This document shows positions 1-13,040 of a stretch of DNA of 64,000 bases, piece after piece. The notes beneath the pieces were generated by a model, which saw only the letters and a program-made list of their open reading frames with translations, did not search any database and was not told the origin of the DNA. Source of the stretch: Epiperipatus broadwayi (lineage: Eukaryota; Animalia; Onychophora); contig JAQFVV010000007.1 in assembly GCA_028023455.1 (NCBI GenBank), positions 15,686,001 to 15,750,000 on the forward strand, read 5' to 3'. Positions within the stretch are counted from its first letter, which is position 1; each line of letters opens with the position of its first letter. The position numbers were made by a program, and so were the translations under genes.

Positions 1-9
1 TGGTATTGA

Positions 10-78
10 GTGGTTGATGTAGTTGTTGAGTGCAACTGCCTGCCATGTCGATAACCTGGAATTCAATTTGGGTCAAGT
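10..78 (+). mobile_element. degenerate tRNA-Gly(GCC)-like SINE head or pseudogene
   Basis: GCCTGCCATGTCGATAACCTGGAATTCAATTTGGGTCAA resembles the anticodon-to-acceptor half of tRNA-Gly(GCC), but stems are broken. Confidence 0.35.
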
Positions 79-698
79 AAAACTTGAATATTTTTCAGAT
101 TATAATTAGAATATTTTCAATCTGTCATTTAATCTAATCACTCAATATTGACCCATGAATGACTATTTAATTATCTAAGCTAAAGAATAAAACAAGAATC
201 GATAGCATTTAAACTCTCAAAGTCATCCAGCAATTTGAATGTTTGGCTAATAATGACTTATTACCGATTTTTTTACTGTAAACTATTTGAGAGATCCTTG
301 TTTTACAGTGGGTTATTATTTTTAACTATTGGATTGGTTTTGGTTCACTAAGAGATATCAATCTGAAAATAGTTTTTTTTTTTGCTCTATTTTAAATTTG
401 ATCATTGGTATGGTAGATAAATGTTATAATTATATTATGAATCGTGTTGATTTGAATAACATCATAAAACATAAGTATCTTATGTAATTATTATATTAGA
501 TGAAATTCTAATGATTTTAATGAGCACATAATTTTACAGCTTATGATTCCTCAAAAAATGATTCAACACATAATGGTTACAACATGGTTTTGTAATATAA
601 ATGCTACAAGCATTATCTTATACTGTTTTCCTGAAGGTTTGTGATGATGGTATTTTAGTTGTATTTATATATTGGACTATTTCCATCATCTAATCTTA

Positions 699-1532
699 TT
701 GTGCTTCCCTGAAAATAAGACCTAACCAGAAATTTTTCAGGGTGTTGATAATATATGCCCTACCCAAAATATAAGATCTAGTTAAGATTTTAGCCAAATA
801 GACAGATATCATTTGTCCATTGAAACATATTGACAAATGTATAAAAATATAAAGTAATGAATCACAACTAGCATAAGAAAAGAAAAAAAAACATTTTGAA
901 TTAAAGTAATGAATGTATAAATAAATATAAATGTAGATTTTTGCACATGAATAAATATTACTGAAAATTATTTTGAAGACAGATTCATAACTAATTATTT
1001 TAATAAACTTGCAAACAAATTTTCTTTTCATTTATCAAAGTGCCTGTCTTCATTCAGTCTGATATGAGAATTCCTCTTTCATTTGATGTCCTACCACATA
1101 TATTGTAAATAAATCAGTATTAATATCTGAAAAGGCAGAAACTTACTACTAGCGGGTGATCTCACTTCACAAATTAATCAAGCCAGCTTAACATTTTATA
1201 TATTATTTTAAATTAAATATTATTAATTTTAACAACACATAAATACCTTTCATATTCTCATATATAATGAGAATATTCTGTGATATGATTATAGTCCTTT
1301 ATAAGTGTGAAATTTTCAAGCAGTAGTAAAAATTATCCATGCACTGTTGAAGTTGGTATTATTGAATAAATGTAGATTTATGTACTTAAATAAATGTAGA
1401 TTTTTGTATTTGAATAAATATATACTTTTGTACATGAAAAAAATAACACGTCCCCGGAAAATAAACCCTAAGCCATCTTTTGGAGCAAAAAATATGATTT
1501 GGGTCACCGAGTATTATTTTTGGGAAACACAG
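699..1532 (+). mobile_element. Tc1/mariner-superfamily (pogo/Tc2-like) MITE
   Basis: TIRs TTGTGCTTCCCTGAAAATAA / TTATTTTTGGGAAACACAG, TA on both sides (697-698, 1533-1534); homologous copies at 45932-47243 and 47277-51882. Confidence 0.8.
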
Positions 1533-1617
1533 TAAGTATAGAATGTCTTTAGAAAATTCAGCTTTATTTAAATTTTAAATTACATTCAACTGTTAGTAAA
1601 TAGCACTCCGATTAGTA

Positions 1618-1665
1618 CATGCAGAATGTTACAAGAGACATTATTACCCTCTTCAGGTGTTGCTG
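1618..1665 (-). ncRNA. degenerate minimal hammerhead-like motif (family D)
   Basis: Minus strand: AGCAACAC-CTGAAGA-GGGTAATAATGTCTCT-TGTAA-CATT; CTGAAGA intact, GAAA damaged. Confidence 0.4.
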
Positions 1666-2393
1666 GCCTGACCAGTAAGTGTCATTTCAAAATAGATTTT
1701 TTTATTATAAGCTTTAATTACAATAAGTATTAAAATATTTGAATAAAAAAATTAAAGAAATCTAATCATAAATGTTCAAACCTGGAGAAATAAAATTACT
1801 TTTGTGTAGAACAGACTTTAATTGAAATCTTGTTGATTGTTTTTATACAATAGTTATTATAGTGAAATAAATTTGCTCGTTGTCAAAAAAAGGAGGAAAA
1901 AATAGTGATAACTTGCTAAAGATGAAGAAAATTTATTTACATTTAGACTACAAATGCTATGAGATACAACTAAGTCAAAAAAGGAAGGGGGGCATAAAAC
2001 CTATACTGCATGAGTAAATCCAAACTAATTTGATTTTTGCAAAATGGAGGCATACATAGAAAGGTATTGAGATGGCCACTTGTTTAAAAAAATTATATGA
2101 AATTAAGGCATTACAAAATTTATATCATATTGTGGTTTAAATGAACTGGTAAATAATGCCTTCTTTTTGGTATTGATATAACAAAAAGGTGGATATTTAA
2201 ATAAGTTAATTAAAATGCCTTTTGATAATCTAACTTGTAAATTATTTTAGTAATGTAATGTATTCAGACTTATTTGTTTATATATAGATTTATTATGTTT
2301 ATTATTATTAGTGTATTGTAGTAATGAAGAAAAACCATTATATAAATATAAAATAAGTTCACCTCTTCACTATATTATATTTATCTCAGTTAG

Positions 2394-2528
2394 TGGAGAG
2401 TCTGTCTCTTGGCTGGAATCTCTGGTTTATTTGTCATTTTGTTAATAGCTATCTTGGCTAATAAAAGAAAATCAAATGGAAAACAAGCAGATCATGATAA
2501 AAAGATGCAATATGAAAATAATTTATGA
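2394..2528 (+). CDS. candidate terminal exon: transmembrane helix plus short cytosolic tail
   Basis: TTAG acceptor, then WRVCLLAGISGLFVILLIAILANKRKSNGKQADHDKKMQYENNL*: hydrophobic run followed by KRK. No upstream exon identified. Confidence 0.35.
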   Translation, partial: WRVCLLAGISGLFVILLIAILANKRKSNGKQADHDKKMQYENNL

Positions 2529-2693
2529 GAAAGATTAGATTAATTCCGAGATGTTTTGAAATCCACCAACACATTTAGATAAAATTTCTACATGAAAATG
2601 TTTAATTATGAACTTTCTTAAGTATTGAACTGAAATTACAATTACACAATTATAAATTGTTCATTTAAACTCTTTTCATGAATGAACCATTTA

Positions 2694-2798
2694 TTATTTG
2701 CTTGTTTTGAATCCTTTTATCCAGTCTTCTTTTTTTGAATATTCTGACTTATTTTCCACATCTTCAATTTCTTTAAATTTGTTCAATAAGTTGCAACT
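2694..2798 (-). CDS. candidate short terminal exon, unknown product
   Basis: SCNLLNKFKEIEDVENKSEYSKKEDWIKGFKTSK*, 35 open codons after an AG. Upstream exons not resolved. Confidence 0.25.
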   Translation of the reverse strand, partial: SCNLLNKFKEIEDVENKSEYSKKEDWIKGFKTSK

Positions 2799-3424
2799 CT
2801 TAAGATATTATAGATTTAAAAAAAAAAAAAATCACTAAATGTTGCGGTTGAAGAGAAATCATTTATCAGTATAGAAATATGATATTCCTTTCACCACATC
2901 GAATTAAAATTGTTTATGCCACCAGCAAGCACATTGTCTCTCATCTGACCAACTCAAATTTTTATCTCTGGGTAACAATTTCAGGTTTGGTTATGAATTG
3001 GCTACCTGAAAAAAAATCTTCAGATTACTTGTGATCTGAAAAAATTTCCACGATTATTCATTCAAACAAGAATCAAATTTCAAGTTGCACTTATGGACAA
3101 TTCCTTGATGTTATTATTTAGTTCCGGCATGCATATCCGCCCTAAATTGTATAGATGTAAAAGAAATAAAAAGATATTAACAATTGTTACAGAAATGTAT
3201 TTTGTTTAAATGGAAGTGTAAACAACATCATTAAAACTTTTTAAAAATAGTTATTTTTGAGACTTAGTAAAAAAACTTAATGCATTACTTTTATTAATTG
3301 GATAATCAAATAAATTACTGACATTGTTTACAATTAAAAAGTTTGTACTATAATTAAGCTGATTTCGTAAAAATTTTGATACCAGCAAAAGAGATAATAA
3401 GGTTGTTTATTTATTTATTGTGAT

Positions 3425-3580
3425 AGATTCCGGCAGATTATTGTAGACGTATGCGTAACGTAAGGAAAGAGTACGTAACGCTAGGTGTCTGGAATATATG
3501 CTACCGGTGTATTAAGCAACATTTATCATTATTTTCCAGTTTGGCTCACGAGTTTTATTTGTTTATAAAGACCGTGTTTA
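3425..3580. promoter_or_regulatory. CpG-retaining promoter-like patch
   Basis: Local CpG cluster (TTCCGGC, GACGTATGCGTAACG, GTACGTAACG, ACCGG) in CpG-poor surroundings. Confidence 0.3.
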
Positions 3581-4334
3581 GAAAAGTTTTGTAATTATTT
3601 TATATTTATATATAATTAAAAATGAAAGTTATTTTCTCAAGAATATTAATTTTCAATTAAAAGAACTGGGGGGAAAAAGACGGAACAAAGAAAAAACTGT
3701 TTATCTGATAATGTATCATTTTGTAATGATGTGTTATTTGCCATCTTTTAATCTTTTTTCTTTGTAATTACAAGGGGTTTTTTATTTTTATTTTAAATGT
3801 CGCTACTGTTTAAAAGTAATTTTATTCAAAATATAATCTAAATATTCATGAATGTTTTGTTAGAAACGCATTAATTTTGTAAAATGTTCCTGATCAAAAA
3901 CCCGTCACCGTTGATTGACGGTTTGTTTACTGGAGTTTTAATCAGTTATGAAAGCTTAGGAGAAAGCTTATTTTTTCTGTTGATAGGAGTGTAGCTAATC
4001 TAAAGTCACAGGGGATCACAACAGCATTTTCTATAACCCTGATTAGTCAATTATTTTCTAAAGTTCTGTTAAAAGATTGTCATCTATTAATTAGAAAGCT
4101 TTTGTTTTAAAAGTTTAAGGTAATATTTAACCCTTTGCTGGCTAGAACTTTTTGATCGTAAATAAAATGAGGGATCGCCATACCTGTCTGCTAGTTTATG
4201 ATAATAACGGTATTTCTTTTATTGATTGTTAGTAGCCCCCTTCCCCCACCCAACACCTTATTAAAAATTGTATAACCATAAATTCATCATAATCCTTTTC
4301 AACCATTATCGATTCACCGAATAAATAGGTGTAT

Positions 4335-4760
4335 CACCATAATCATTTTCAACCATTGTCTCTATTTTAATCGTTTCTTTGATCCATAGCGCCTCTACAC
4401 CAACCCAACAAATTTCCTAATTTCATTTATCTACCTTATATATAGTTTCTTTTTAGTTATTATTACAATCTTTTGGCATCAAGTTTAAGATTTCAACTGT
4501 CATTTATTATCTTCTCTTCTAGAAACATAGTTAGCCCAGCTTTATATCTTAGTTCTATTTTGCTTTTTATCCCTTCTTCTTACCTCTGACATATATCTCT
4601 TCATATCTTGATTACTGATCCAAAGTCTATGTATTGTTCTTCTGTTAAAGATTCAAGTCCCACATCCATAAATAAGAACTGATAAAACATCTATTAAAAA
4701 CCCTCCTTTTCAAATTCATAGATATATTTTCCTTTAATGTTATAACACTTCTCCAAGTTT
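4335..4760 (-). mobile_element. RTE LINE 3' fragment, highly decayed
   Basis: Reverse complement aligns by eye to 50480-50945. Confidence 0.7.
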
Positions 4761-5544
4761 AATTCTATGTCATGTTTTTCCATCTATGTTAATAATCTGA
4801 CCAAGATATTAGAAGTAAACAAATGTGAGATGTTAAATCAGTCTCATGGGTAATATATTTTTTACTACATTCATTTTAGGAATTACTTCTTTTGTCAGTT
4901 GTTGGCCTGCTAGAATCGTCAGCAATATAAACAAATATAATGGCTATTTCACTTTTATTTAAACTTTGTGTAATAAATAGTGAGTGAGAGAAAATAAAGT
5001 TTAATTATAATATATTAATTATTAAATAATATAGCTTTGGATATATATGTAATTTAGATGGAATGAAACTTATCTTTCCAACCATGCACTGCGAATAAAC
5101 AGCACTCCATGTCAACTGTTGCAAACAATAAGCTGATTTAAAAATCTGGTTTTTAAATAAAAATTGTGTTCTATTTTCCTGCACTGTCAATGAATGTTGA
5201 TTTAATAGTAGGCTTTAAGAATAGGTTGATCGCTTGTTCTTTTAAAACGTTTATTGACATGGAGTGCTGCCTTAGCATGTGAGTGAAAGGGTAGTTTTTC
5301 TTTTGTCCAAATTAAATACTATATTGTTAATGATTATTTTTAGATTTAAAGTATATAATGTTGGGCATATTTGAAGGTTAAAAAAGTGATCATTATTAGT
5401 CAATCATAGACAATTATGGCTCTTCTAATTCTAGAACAAGCAAGAGGCTAATAGCAAAAAAAGTTAGAAGTAAATGTGCAAACTAAGTTATGAATCACAT
5501 TTACTTTCCCACAGTTTTGTTCTTGATAGTAAGTTATGTGTAAG

Positions 5545-5614
5545 AGATTGTGGTCTGGGCCAACTGATGTGTGCTGGTTCGGCATGAAATATACATCTTG
5601 GCGATCATTGATCT
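5545..5614 (+). ncRNA. type I hammerhead motif, family B/C, A9 mutated
   Basis: GCCAA-CTGATGT-GTGCTG GTT CGGCAT-GAA-ATATACAT-C-TTGGC; stem I GCCAA/TTGGC is compensatory relative to ACCAA/TTGGT. Confidence 0.75.
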
Positions 5615-6092
5615 TTTTCACAACTTTGATCATATGTTTATAATTACATTCCTCTACAAAATGTTAAAAGCAGATAGAAACCAACCCCTACCTTATGTGA
5701 AAATGATGTAATGAATATTACACTAGAGAAATATTATTCATTATTGGATAATCTCTAGTCTAATGCATGACAAGAAAAATTATTAACATATAAGTTCTTA
5801 AATTTCATAAAACATATTCCTTGCATTTTCAGGTGCTAAAACAAATTGTGTCAAAAAAGAAAACTCCTCACTAAAGATGATAAAGTGTTCCAGATCAGTC
5901 ATAATATTGTATTGCATGGTTTTCATGTGAATATAATATTTATTTGTGGTTGGGTGTATATTGTTTTTAATATCGAATGCTGGTGATTCTCAATTCAACT
6001 TCTAACAATTATAAGAATAGCATTTCTGATGTCTCCAAAATTTTAACATAGGCCATCTGAGATTCGGATGCGATGCCACATAATGAGTAATG

Positions 6093-6794
6093 AGATGATG
6101 TAGGTGTTTTTGCAAATAATGCTTTAAAGTTGCAAGATGAAAGTAGGAAAGTAGGACTAAAGATAAATGGTAAAAAACTAAAGTAATGGTCAATGGACTT
6201 TTCAAAATATAAAAATAAAGATTGATTATGATGAGTTGGAAGAAATTAACAACTACAAATACCTTGGTCAGATTATTAATACAGATGGAAATATAATGAA
6301 TGAAATTAATCATAGAATTAAACTTGGTTGGAGTGCTTTTGGTAGAAATAACTTGATACTAAAAGGAAATATGCCTATGTGTTTGAAAAGGAAGGTTTTT
6401 AATAAATGTGTTTTATCATTTCTTACTTATGAATCTGAGACTTAGACACTTAATAGAAGAGCAACACAGGGACTTCAGATCACTCAAAGAAATATGGAGA
6501 GAGGCATGTTGTGAGTAACAAGAAGAAATTGAGAACGCAATATATGGGTGAGAGAACAAACAGGTGTTACTATTGAAAAAATTAAAAGACTGAATTGGAG
6601 TTGGGCTGGACATATTGCAATCTTAAACTGGATTCCAAGAGATTGTAAAAGACCCAGAAATAGATTACAAGTGAGATCAATGGATGAAATAAAGTGTGCA
6701 GATGTGGAAAAGAGAAGCTAAAGATCGGAGATAGATTGAACTTAAAGTGACCTTCACCCTGCAGTGGATTGAGAATGGTTGTTGATGATGATGA
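6093..6794 (+). mobile_element. 5'-truncated RTE LINE
   Basis: ORF 6236-6445 (YKYLGQ..LGWSAFG..KRKVFNKCVL..YESET) matches 50282-50905; (GAT)n tail. Confidence 0.9.
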
Positions 6795-8106
6795 GTAAGA
6801 CAGAATAGTCCAAGTTTTCACATTAGTGGAAGGTTGTAATATGATCATTTTAAGAAAAAAGATGCATTAATAAAACAAAATCTCTTGAAAGTACAGAAAA
6901 TTTGTTGATGCTAGCTTTCTTCTGCATAGTTTGACCTTTAACTGTTGGGGTTATTATTAACCAATATCATATTTCATCACTACTGTTGAGTATTACTAAT
7001 GCAAGTAAACAAATAAAATAAATATAAAAACAAACAAACAGAGTAGCTAAAAAAGACAATAAAAATAAAAGAAAATATGTAGTGTCTTTATAAAACATTG
7101 TTAAAGAGGGGAAAGGGATTAAGTTTAATATAAAAGAAAAAGTATAATCAATAGACTACAGTAAGCCATGGTATCTGAGATTTGCTAAATCCAGATTTAC
7201 AAATTACAATCTCACATGCAGATATAAACTAGTCAAAACTGTAGTGAGTTTTTTTAATGGCTCTAGGCAAGCCAAACATTTGGCTTGTCTACTACCACTT
7301 TTCTATATCACCAAACCGCCAGTAGTTAGTAAATCTTACATGTTCATTAAAAAAATAAATTTAAAATAAAATTAGCGGGATATTGTCCCCGTCTCCCCCC
7401 TCACAATTAATAAGTGTTCTAGGCATTTTACCTATTGCCCATTCTTATTGCTACAGCTTTGTATGTAGTTGTATGCGTGTGTGAAAGATGTATAGAGCAC
7501 ATACTTTTTTAAAAATTTACTGATCATTAATTTGACCTCTGCCCTGTGTTGTTTTTAAGAATTCCATTTTCTTGGGAAGTCTCGTCTCTGACAAGATGGC
7601 AGCTGCTGTATTTGTGTATGTGAGCTAGGTTTGGCTGTTTTTCTCTTCAGGCGTTTCTTTTTATTTTACTGTCTTAAAGCATATTGATTTTTTTAAAACA
7701 GTAAAACTTGTATGTTATATTTTATAGCAATTGGAATTTTGATATTTTATGACTGTAATTTTTTTTTTTTTAAAAAAGAAATTTAAATTTTTTGCTAATT
7801 ATTATCATTTTCTATAACTTACGGCTATAATTGGATAGAGTATTGTTCGATTTCAGGACTGAAATTTTGACCAATTTTCAAATATATTTTATTCTAAAAG
7901 ACAGGTGACCTTTTTTTAAATTAAATTGATTTTAGCATTGACTATATCACGTGTGAGTATTAATTTATATATTACTATTGACTATAAATATGTGTGAGTA
8001 TTATTATATATATATTACCAGCATTTTTTAAATAGATTTTTAAAATAGTTTACTTTTTACAAAAAGGCAGTGGGAGGGGGTACGCATTTTACTAGTTCTT
8101 GCTTAA

Positions 8107-8515
8107 GGATCTGAGACTTGGACATTTAAGAAAGAGCAATACAGACACTTCAGACAACTCAATGAAATATCGAGAATTATATGTTAAGAATAACAAGGAA
8201 AGACTGAAAACGAAATACGTGAGTGAGAGAACAAATAGTTACTAACATCATTGAAATAATTCAAGAAACTGTTAATGGAGTTGTTTTAGACCGATTGCTA
8301 GAAGAGATAATTGGCGGATAGTTGATGTTTTAAATGGGGTACCATGATATTGTAAAAGACCTAGAAAAAGACCACACGTGAGATGGTTAATGAAATAAGA
8401 ACTTTGCTGGTGTGTTTATGGAGAAGAGAAGCTACTGAATGAAACAACTGGATGAAACATGGAGAGATTTTCATCTTGTTTTGGATTGATTATGGCTGAA
8501 AATGATGGTGATGAT
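8107..8515 (+). mobile_element. 5'-truncated RTE LINE
   Basis: Similar to 50545-50945; ends in GATGGTGATGAT. Confidence 0.8.
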
Positions 8516-8694
8516 CCATAACATTTTTAAAATTATACTTTTAAAATAAAAATAATTTTGTATAATTATAAAATATAAAACAAGATATGGATCTAAAAAA
8601 AAACACAATAGTCACACCATATTTATGGCATTTGTTTCCAAGATGTTACTTGGTTACTTGAAACTGCTATTAGTACTGATTCATATATATATAA

Positions 8695-8876
8695 AATTAA
8701 AATTACCCCAAATCCACAACTCAAACAGACTAGCCAAAAAATAAACTGTAAATCACAACCAAGGGTTTCACTGCTACAAGCAGACTTCTCAAGTGTAAGT
8801 GAAACTATTGATTGGTGATTTAGAGTTTATTTTTTGGCTAGCCTGATTGAGTTGTGGATTTGGGGTAATTTTAATT
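8695..8876. repeat. foldback inverted repeat, ~61-bp arms
   Basis: AATTAAAATTACCCCAAATCCACAACTCAA... versus ...TTGAGTTGTGGATTTGGGGTAATTTTAATT. Confidence 0.9.
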
Positions 8877-10038
8877 ATTTATTGATTAGTTTAGCTTTAT
8901 GCTTTTAATGTTTAATGTATATTATGTGTACAACATTAAATCATCTTTTATAACGTTAAGATATTTCAGCAATACCCTCTGTGAATAAATGTAAAGCCTG
9001 AACCTCAAACAGCTAAACTCAAAAGGATATCTTCTTGAATCTATTGCTACTAATGATGTTATATATTAAATTTCAGGCCACTTAACAAAAATCATGAAAT
9101 TAAATTAGCAATGATCTTAAATTGCTAATAAATAAACATGTTTAACTTACATATACAAAGAAAGACAAGAATATTAATCATTTTTAAACGTGGTTATCCT
9201 CCAAACATAAATATACAACACATTATAAACATAGAATATCACAAAACCCACTATGACAGTTTCGATTGCCTCAGCAATCTTCTTCAGAACTATAATTTCT
9301 ACTTATATTTCCAAACCTTAACTGCTAAATTCATACTTTAAATTTTACAGTTACTGTTATATTGGGCTGTAAAAAAAGCATTGTGAAGCAGTAATAAAGA
9401 ACATAGATGATTTAATATTATATGGATTTGGCAATGCAATAAGAAATATGAAGTTATATAAACATACTTATGATAACAATTTAATTTAAAAATTACACAC
9501 ATAACATCAATACCCCCCCTCCCAATATAGATCAATATAGTTATGGAAAAGATATCACAGCAATAAACTGAAAGCAGTCATGTGTGACTGAGCATGCAAT
9601 AAATATTCGATGAGGAAATGATTTTGATTGAGCCAGTAAATCCAGGCATTCAAATTTATATATTTCAATTTTTTTTTTTTTTTAATAATTCTTTTTTTTC
9701 CAAATCATGGGTTATTTCAAATCATAAACAGTATGAATATTAGCATTGTGGATTATTGGAATTGCCAACATAAGTATGGATGTTGTGGATTATTGAAATC
9801 GCTGATGTGAATGTCACATCACTCACAGTGAAAGTATACAATATAACATGGCTATTAAAATTTATTTATCAATATACTCTTCACTGATATTGATAAACTT
9901 GTTCCATCTATTTACCAATACATCAAACATATGAACATAAAAGTTTTCTTTTAATCTTTATATGACTGTCGATTGCATCCAATTTATGAATAGTGTGACA
10001 AGACTAACACTGTAAACAAGATACTTTTTTTAAAAAAT

Positions 10039-10210
10039 ATAGTCTTTAGAGGAATCCCTGCTGCTCATAGTAAACATATGGCAGCATGCTGCTTTTTTGC
10101 AATACCTTTGTCCTAGCATGATTACCAGTTAAACCCATAGTCTTTGGAGGAATCCCTTCTACTCATAGTTTTGCAATACCTTTGTCCTAGCATGATTACC
10201 AGTTAAACCC
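10039..10210. repeat. imperfect tandem duplication (~95 bp, second copy internally deleted)
   Basis: GAGGAATCCCT...TTTTGCAATACCTTTGTCCTAGCATGATTACCAGTTAAACCC occurs twice. Confidence 0.85.
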
Positions 10211-11215
10211 CTAAAACTACACACTCAATATGTGCACCTCTTTACTTTCATCACCATAAATTTGATTGGGCTGCCATCTGTGAATAGATACAAACAATGT
10301 TTTATTCCAGTTCCAACTTTCATTTGTAAAGTATTTACGAATTTTTTTTTTCTTTTTTAATATTAGCCTTCATTTTATTTTGGTTTAATTTTTAGTTTGT
10401 AAATTATTATTTTTTTACATTTCAAAAAGTTACATCTAAAAAATTGATCACAATTACAATAAAAATCAAATCAAAAATTGTTATTGTTTAAATCAGTGAC
10501 TTCCAATGCAGGGTATATAGCCCATGGGGTGCCGAAGCAATTTGATTTTTAAGGGTGGGGTGGCAATTTGAGAATGAGTTATTAACAATGATTTTTTTTA
10601 AAAAAATTTAGCCTGCTAATTGTTCTTATATCTTATTATTCATAAATTAAGCCAAGTATGTTGGCATCTTCTCAGTGTGTTTTCTGTTTAGATAACCTTT
10701 GCACCTTATCTCTTCATTGTTACTAGGAATAATTTAAGTTGTTTGAAACTTCACCCTGTTTCAACTGTCCTTTCATTAATGGCCTTTTAGGCTTCCTCAA
10801 TGTGTTAGTTCACTTTTTGAATAATAATAATTATATGTTATGGTGACATCAGGGTTTTAGAGATGCTTAGGTATGGGGAACTACTGGTTTAAATGAAAGC
10901 AGACCTGTTGAAAGGCATGAATTACATTGATAGAGGGGGAATCATTGTTATTACTTTTAATAATAGTGCATTATTTAAATTTATATTAGATATTATTAAA
11001 AGTATTATAAGTCAAAAGTAAATAAATAATTATATATATAATAATAACATTGAAAGGATTTATGGGTGTATTAAATTGCATACATATCAGCAGCTGTCAA
11101 AATTGATAAATCGAACATAAAAGTGATTTTTAGTTTTTGCCTGTTAGGATTATTTATTATCAACAAAGGATCAACTAAAGAGGCTTATTACAAACTAGTG
11201 GGAGCAGATCTGTAA

Positions 11216-11236
11216 CAACAACAACAACAACAACAA
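11216..11236. repeat. (CAA)n microsatellite
   Basis: Direct reading. Confidence 0.9.
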
Positions 11237-11840
11237 AAATCGGTTATTAAAATGAAAATCAGAATTGTTAATGCTTTGGTATTTCTTAAAGTTTCGTGGA
11301 TGCAGATCTGAGACACTATCAATATGTTCTTGAATTTTGGTGGTAATAAAATATTTTGAGAATCCCATAGACAGTAAGGAAAATGAAATATTGAATTCTT
11401 ACTCAAAATACCGGTATATCTGAAATCTCACTTGAAGTACATTTGAAGGAATTGAAATTGTTCTACTGTGGTCATGTCTTGAGATGATATAATTCATTAG
11501 AAAAGTGAATAATGCTCAATGCTGTCATGATTTACTCAAATCTAGGCATAGTAGCTACTCATAAAATTTAATAATAATAAACACAGTATATATTCAAATT
11601 TGCATACGTTTATTCACCTGCAATTGTTTTATAGGTATGTGGATGAGATAAGTTATATATATGTTGGATTTGATTTATCCTTTCATTTATATTTGTAGTT
11701 CAAATTTGCATATCATTGTTTGTCTGCTTAATGAAATGGTTTCTTTCCTTTTACTGAAAGTGCACTACTGTATGGAGAGTTTGCTCCTATCATTAAGATA
11801 TTACTGCGTTTGACATATTAACATTGCAATTGGTTTATGT

Positions 11841-13040
11841 TGGGGTTCGAAGGTTACCGACATTTTAATTACCGATAAATAACGAAGTAAAATTTGTGAT
11901 TAACGGTAATTACCGACAATAAATTTATTTTAAATTAGAATATTACAAAAATAAAAAATGTTTCATTTCACAGAAAAAATACTTGAATAAAAAAATATAG
12001 AAAAAATTCCTTTTATTGAACAAAAAAAAAAAGAACTGTTTTTAAGAAAATAAAAATGATTTTGTAAAAAAAATAAAGGTCTTTAATGTTATGGGGAAAA
12101 AATAGCACTATACCATATTCACATGAATTTTTAGTGAAATAAGATTTTAAAAAGCATAAACTATCTAATGTTTTTGGGTGATAAGCGTGACTTTATCCTT
12201 GAAACAAAGTATCCAGCATTTGGAAAAGCTTTTCCTGATTCAGCACTGGTCGCTCTGTTAGTGTTCAAACTTCGGTACAGTTTTCTAGACGTTCAGATAG
12301 CTCTCCAATAGCCTCAAAAAGCTTCAATTTCGTTGGTTAAAAATTAAAAGCTATGAGATAACGTGTTTAGATTTAGCTTTTTTTGAAACCTCATTCTATA
12401 TCTAAAATTTCATCTTGAGCAATTTCTTCCTCTTCATCTAGCCGAAAAAGTCTGTTGTATGTTCTTCGGTCAGTTTTTTAATGCTTTTATGGGTTTTTTT
12501 TTGAGACATTATGAAGGGAAATGTTAAAAAAATAATCGATAAGATGAAGAAGATAACAGCACTTGATTAAGAAACGTTCAAATCAAAACACGTTCGGAAC
12601 TTCGTAACAGTGATGCAATACTTACATACCTAGCATTACATACTCGAGCATTAGATTTTAAATGGAGTTTAATTTGGTGATTTAGAAAAGCAAATGCATA
12701 TTTGAAAATATTGGAGAGGAAAGGATTGGGATTTATATCTTGAGAATATTTTAACACTGTTCAACTTTGACTATAATCCTAGACTATTATAATCTACACA
12801 AATACTAAATAAATAGGTTTAGAACTGGGATGAAATAGAATTTAATTGCTTTTCGCAAACTTAAAATAACTTTAAAATTAATTTTCCTTTTTCTAAAAAA
12901 TGTTTGAAAGCAAATTACAGAATTAAATAAATTGAACTTTTTGTTTTTAAAGCTGGTAATAGTTATTTAGGCAACTGTAATTTTTATTATTTTTAGAAAT
13001 CGATAATTATCGGTAAAAAATTACCGAATTTCGAACCCCA
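11841..13040 (-). mobile_element. non-autonomous hAT transposon with transposase dimerization-domain remnant
   Basis: TIR TGGGGTTCGAA/TTCGAACCCCA; 8-bp TSD GTTTATGT/GTTTACGT; minus-strand ~12125-12300 reads ...RATSAESGKAFPNAGYFVSRIKSRLSPKTLDSLCFLKSYF, like the hAT C-terminal motif. Confidence 0.9.

Larger units (their letters stand above)
625..1690 (-). mobile_element. family D repeat (tRNA-head/hammerhead unit linked to Penelope), split by a MITE
   Basis: 625-696 and 1535-1690 are colinear with 15020-15230 and match the reverse complement of 16070-16270. Confidence 0.75.

Noticed and set aside
696-1535. ORFs 696-1031, 1316-1507, 1347-1535
   Set aside because: They lie inside a non-coding MITE; low-complexity AT-rich translations.
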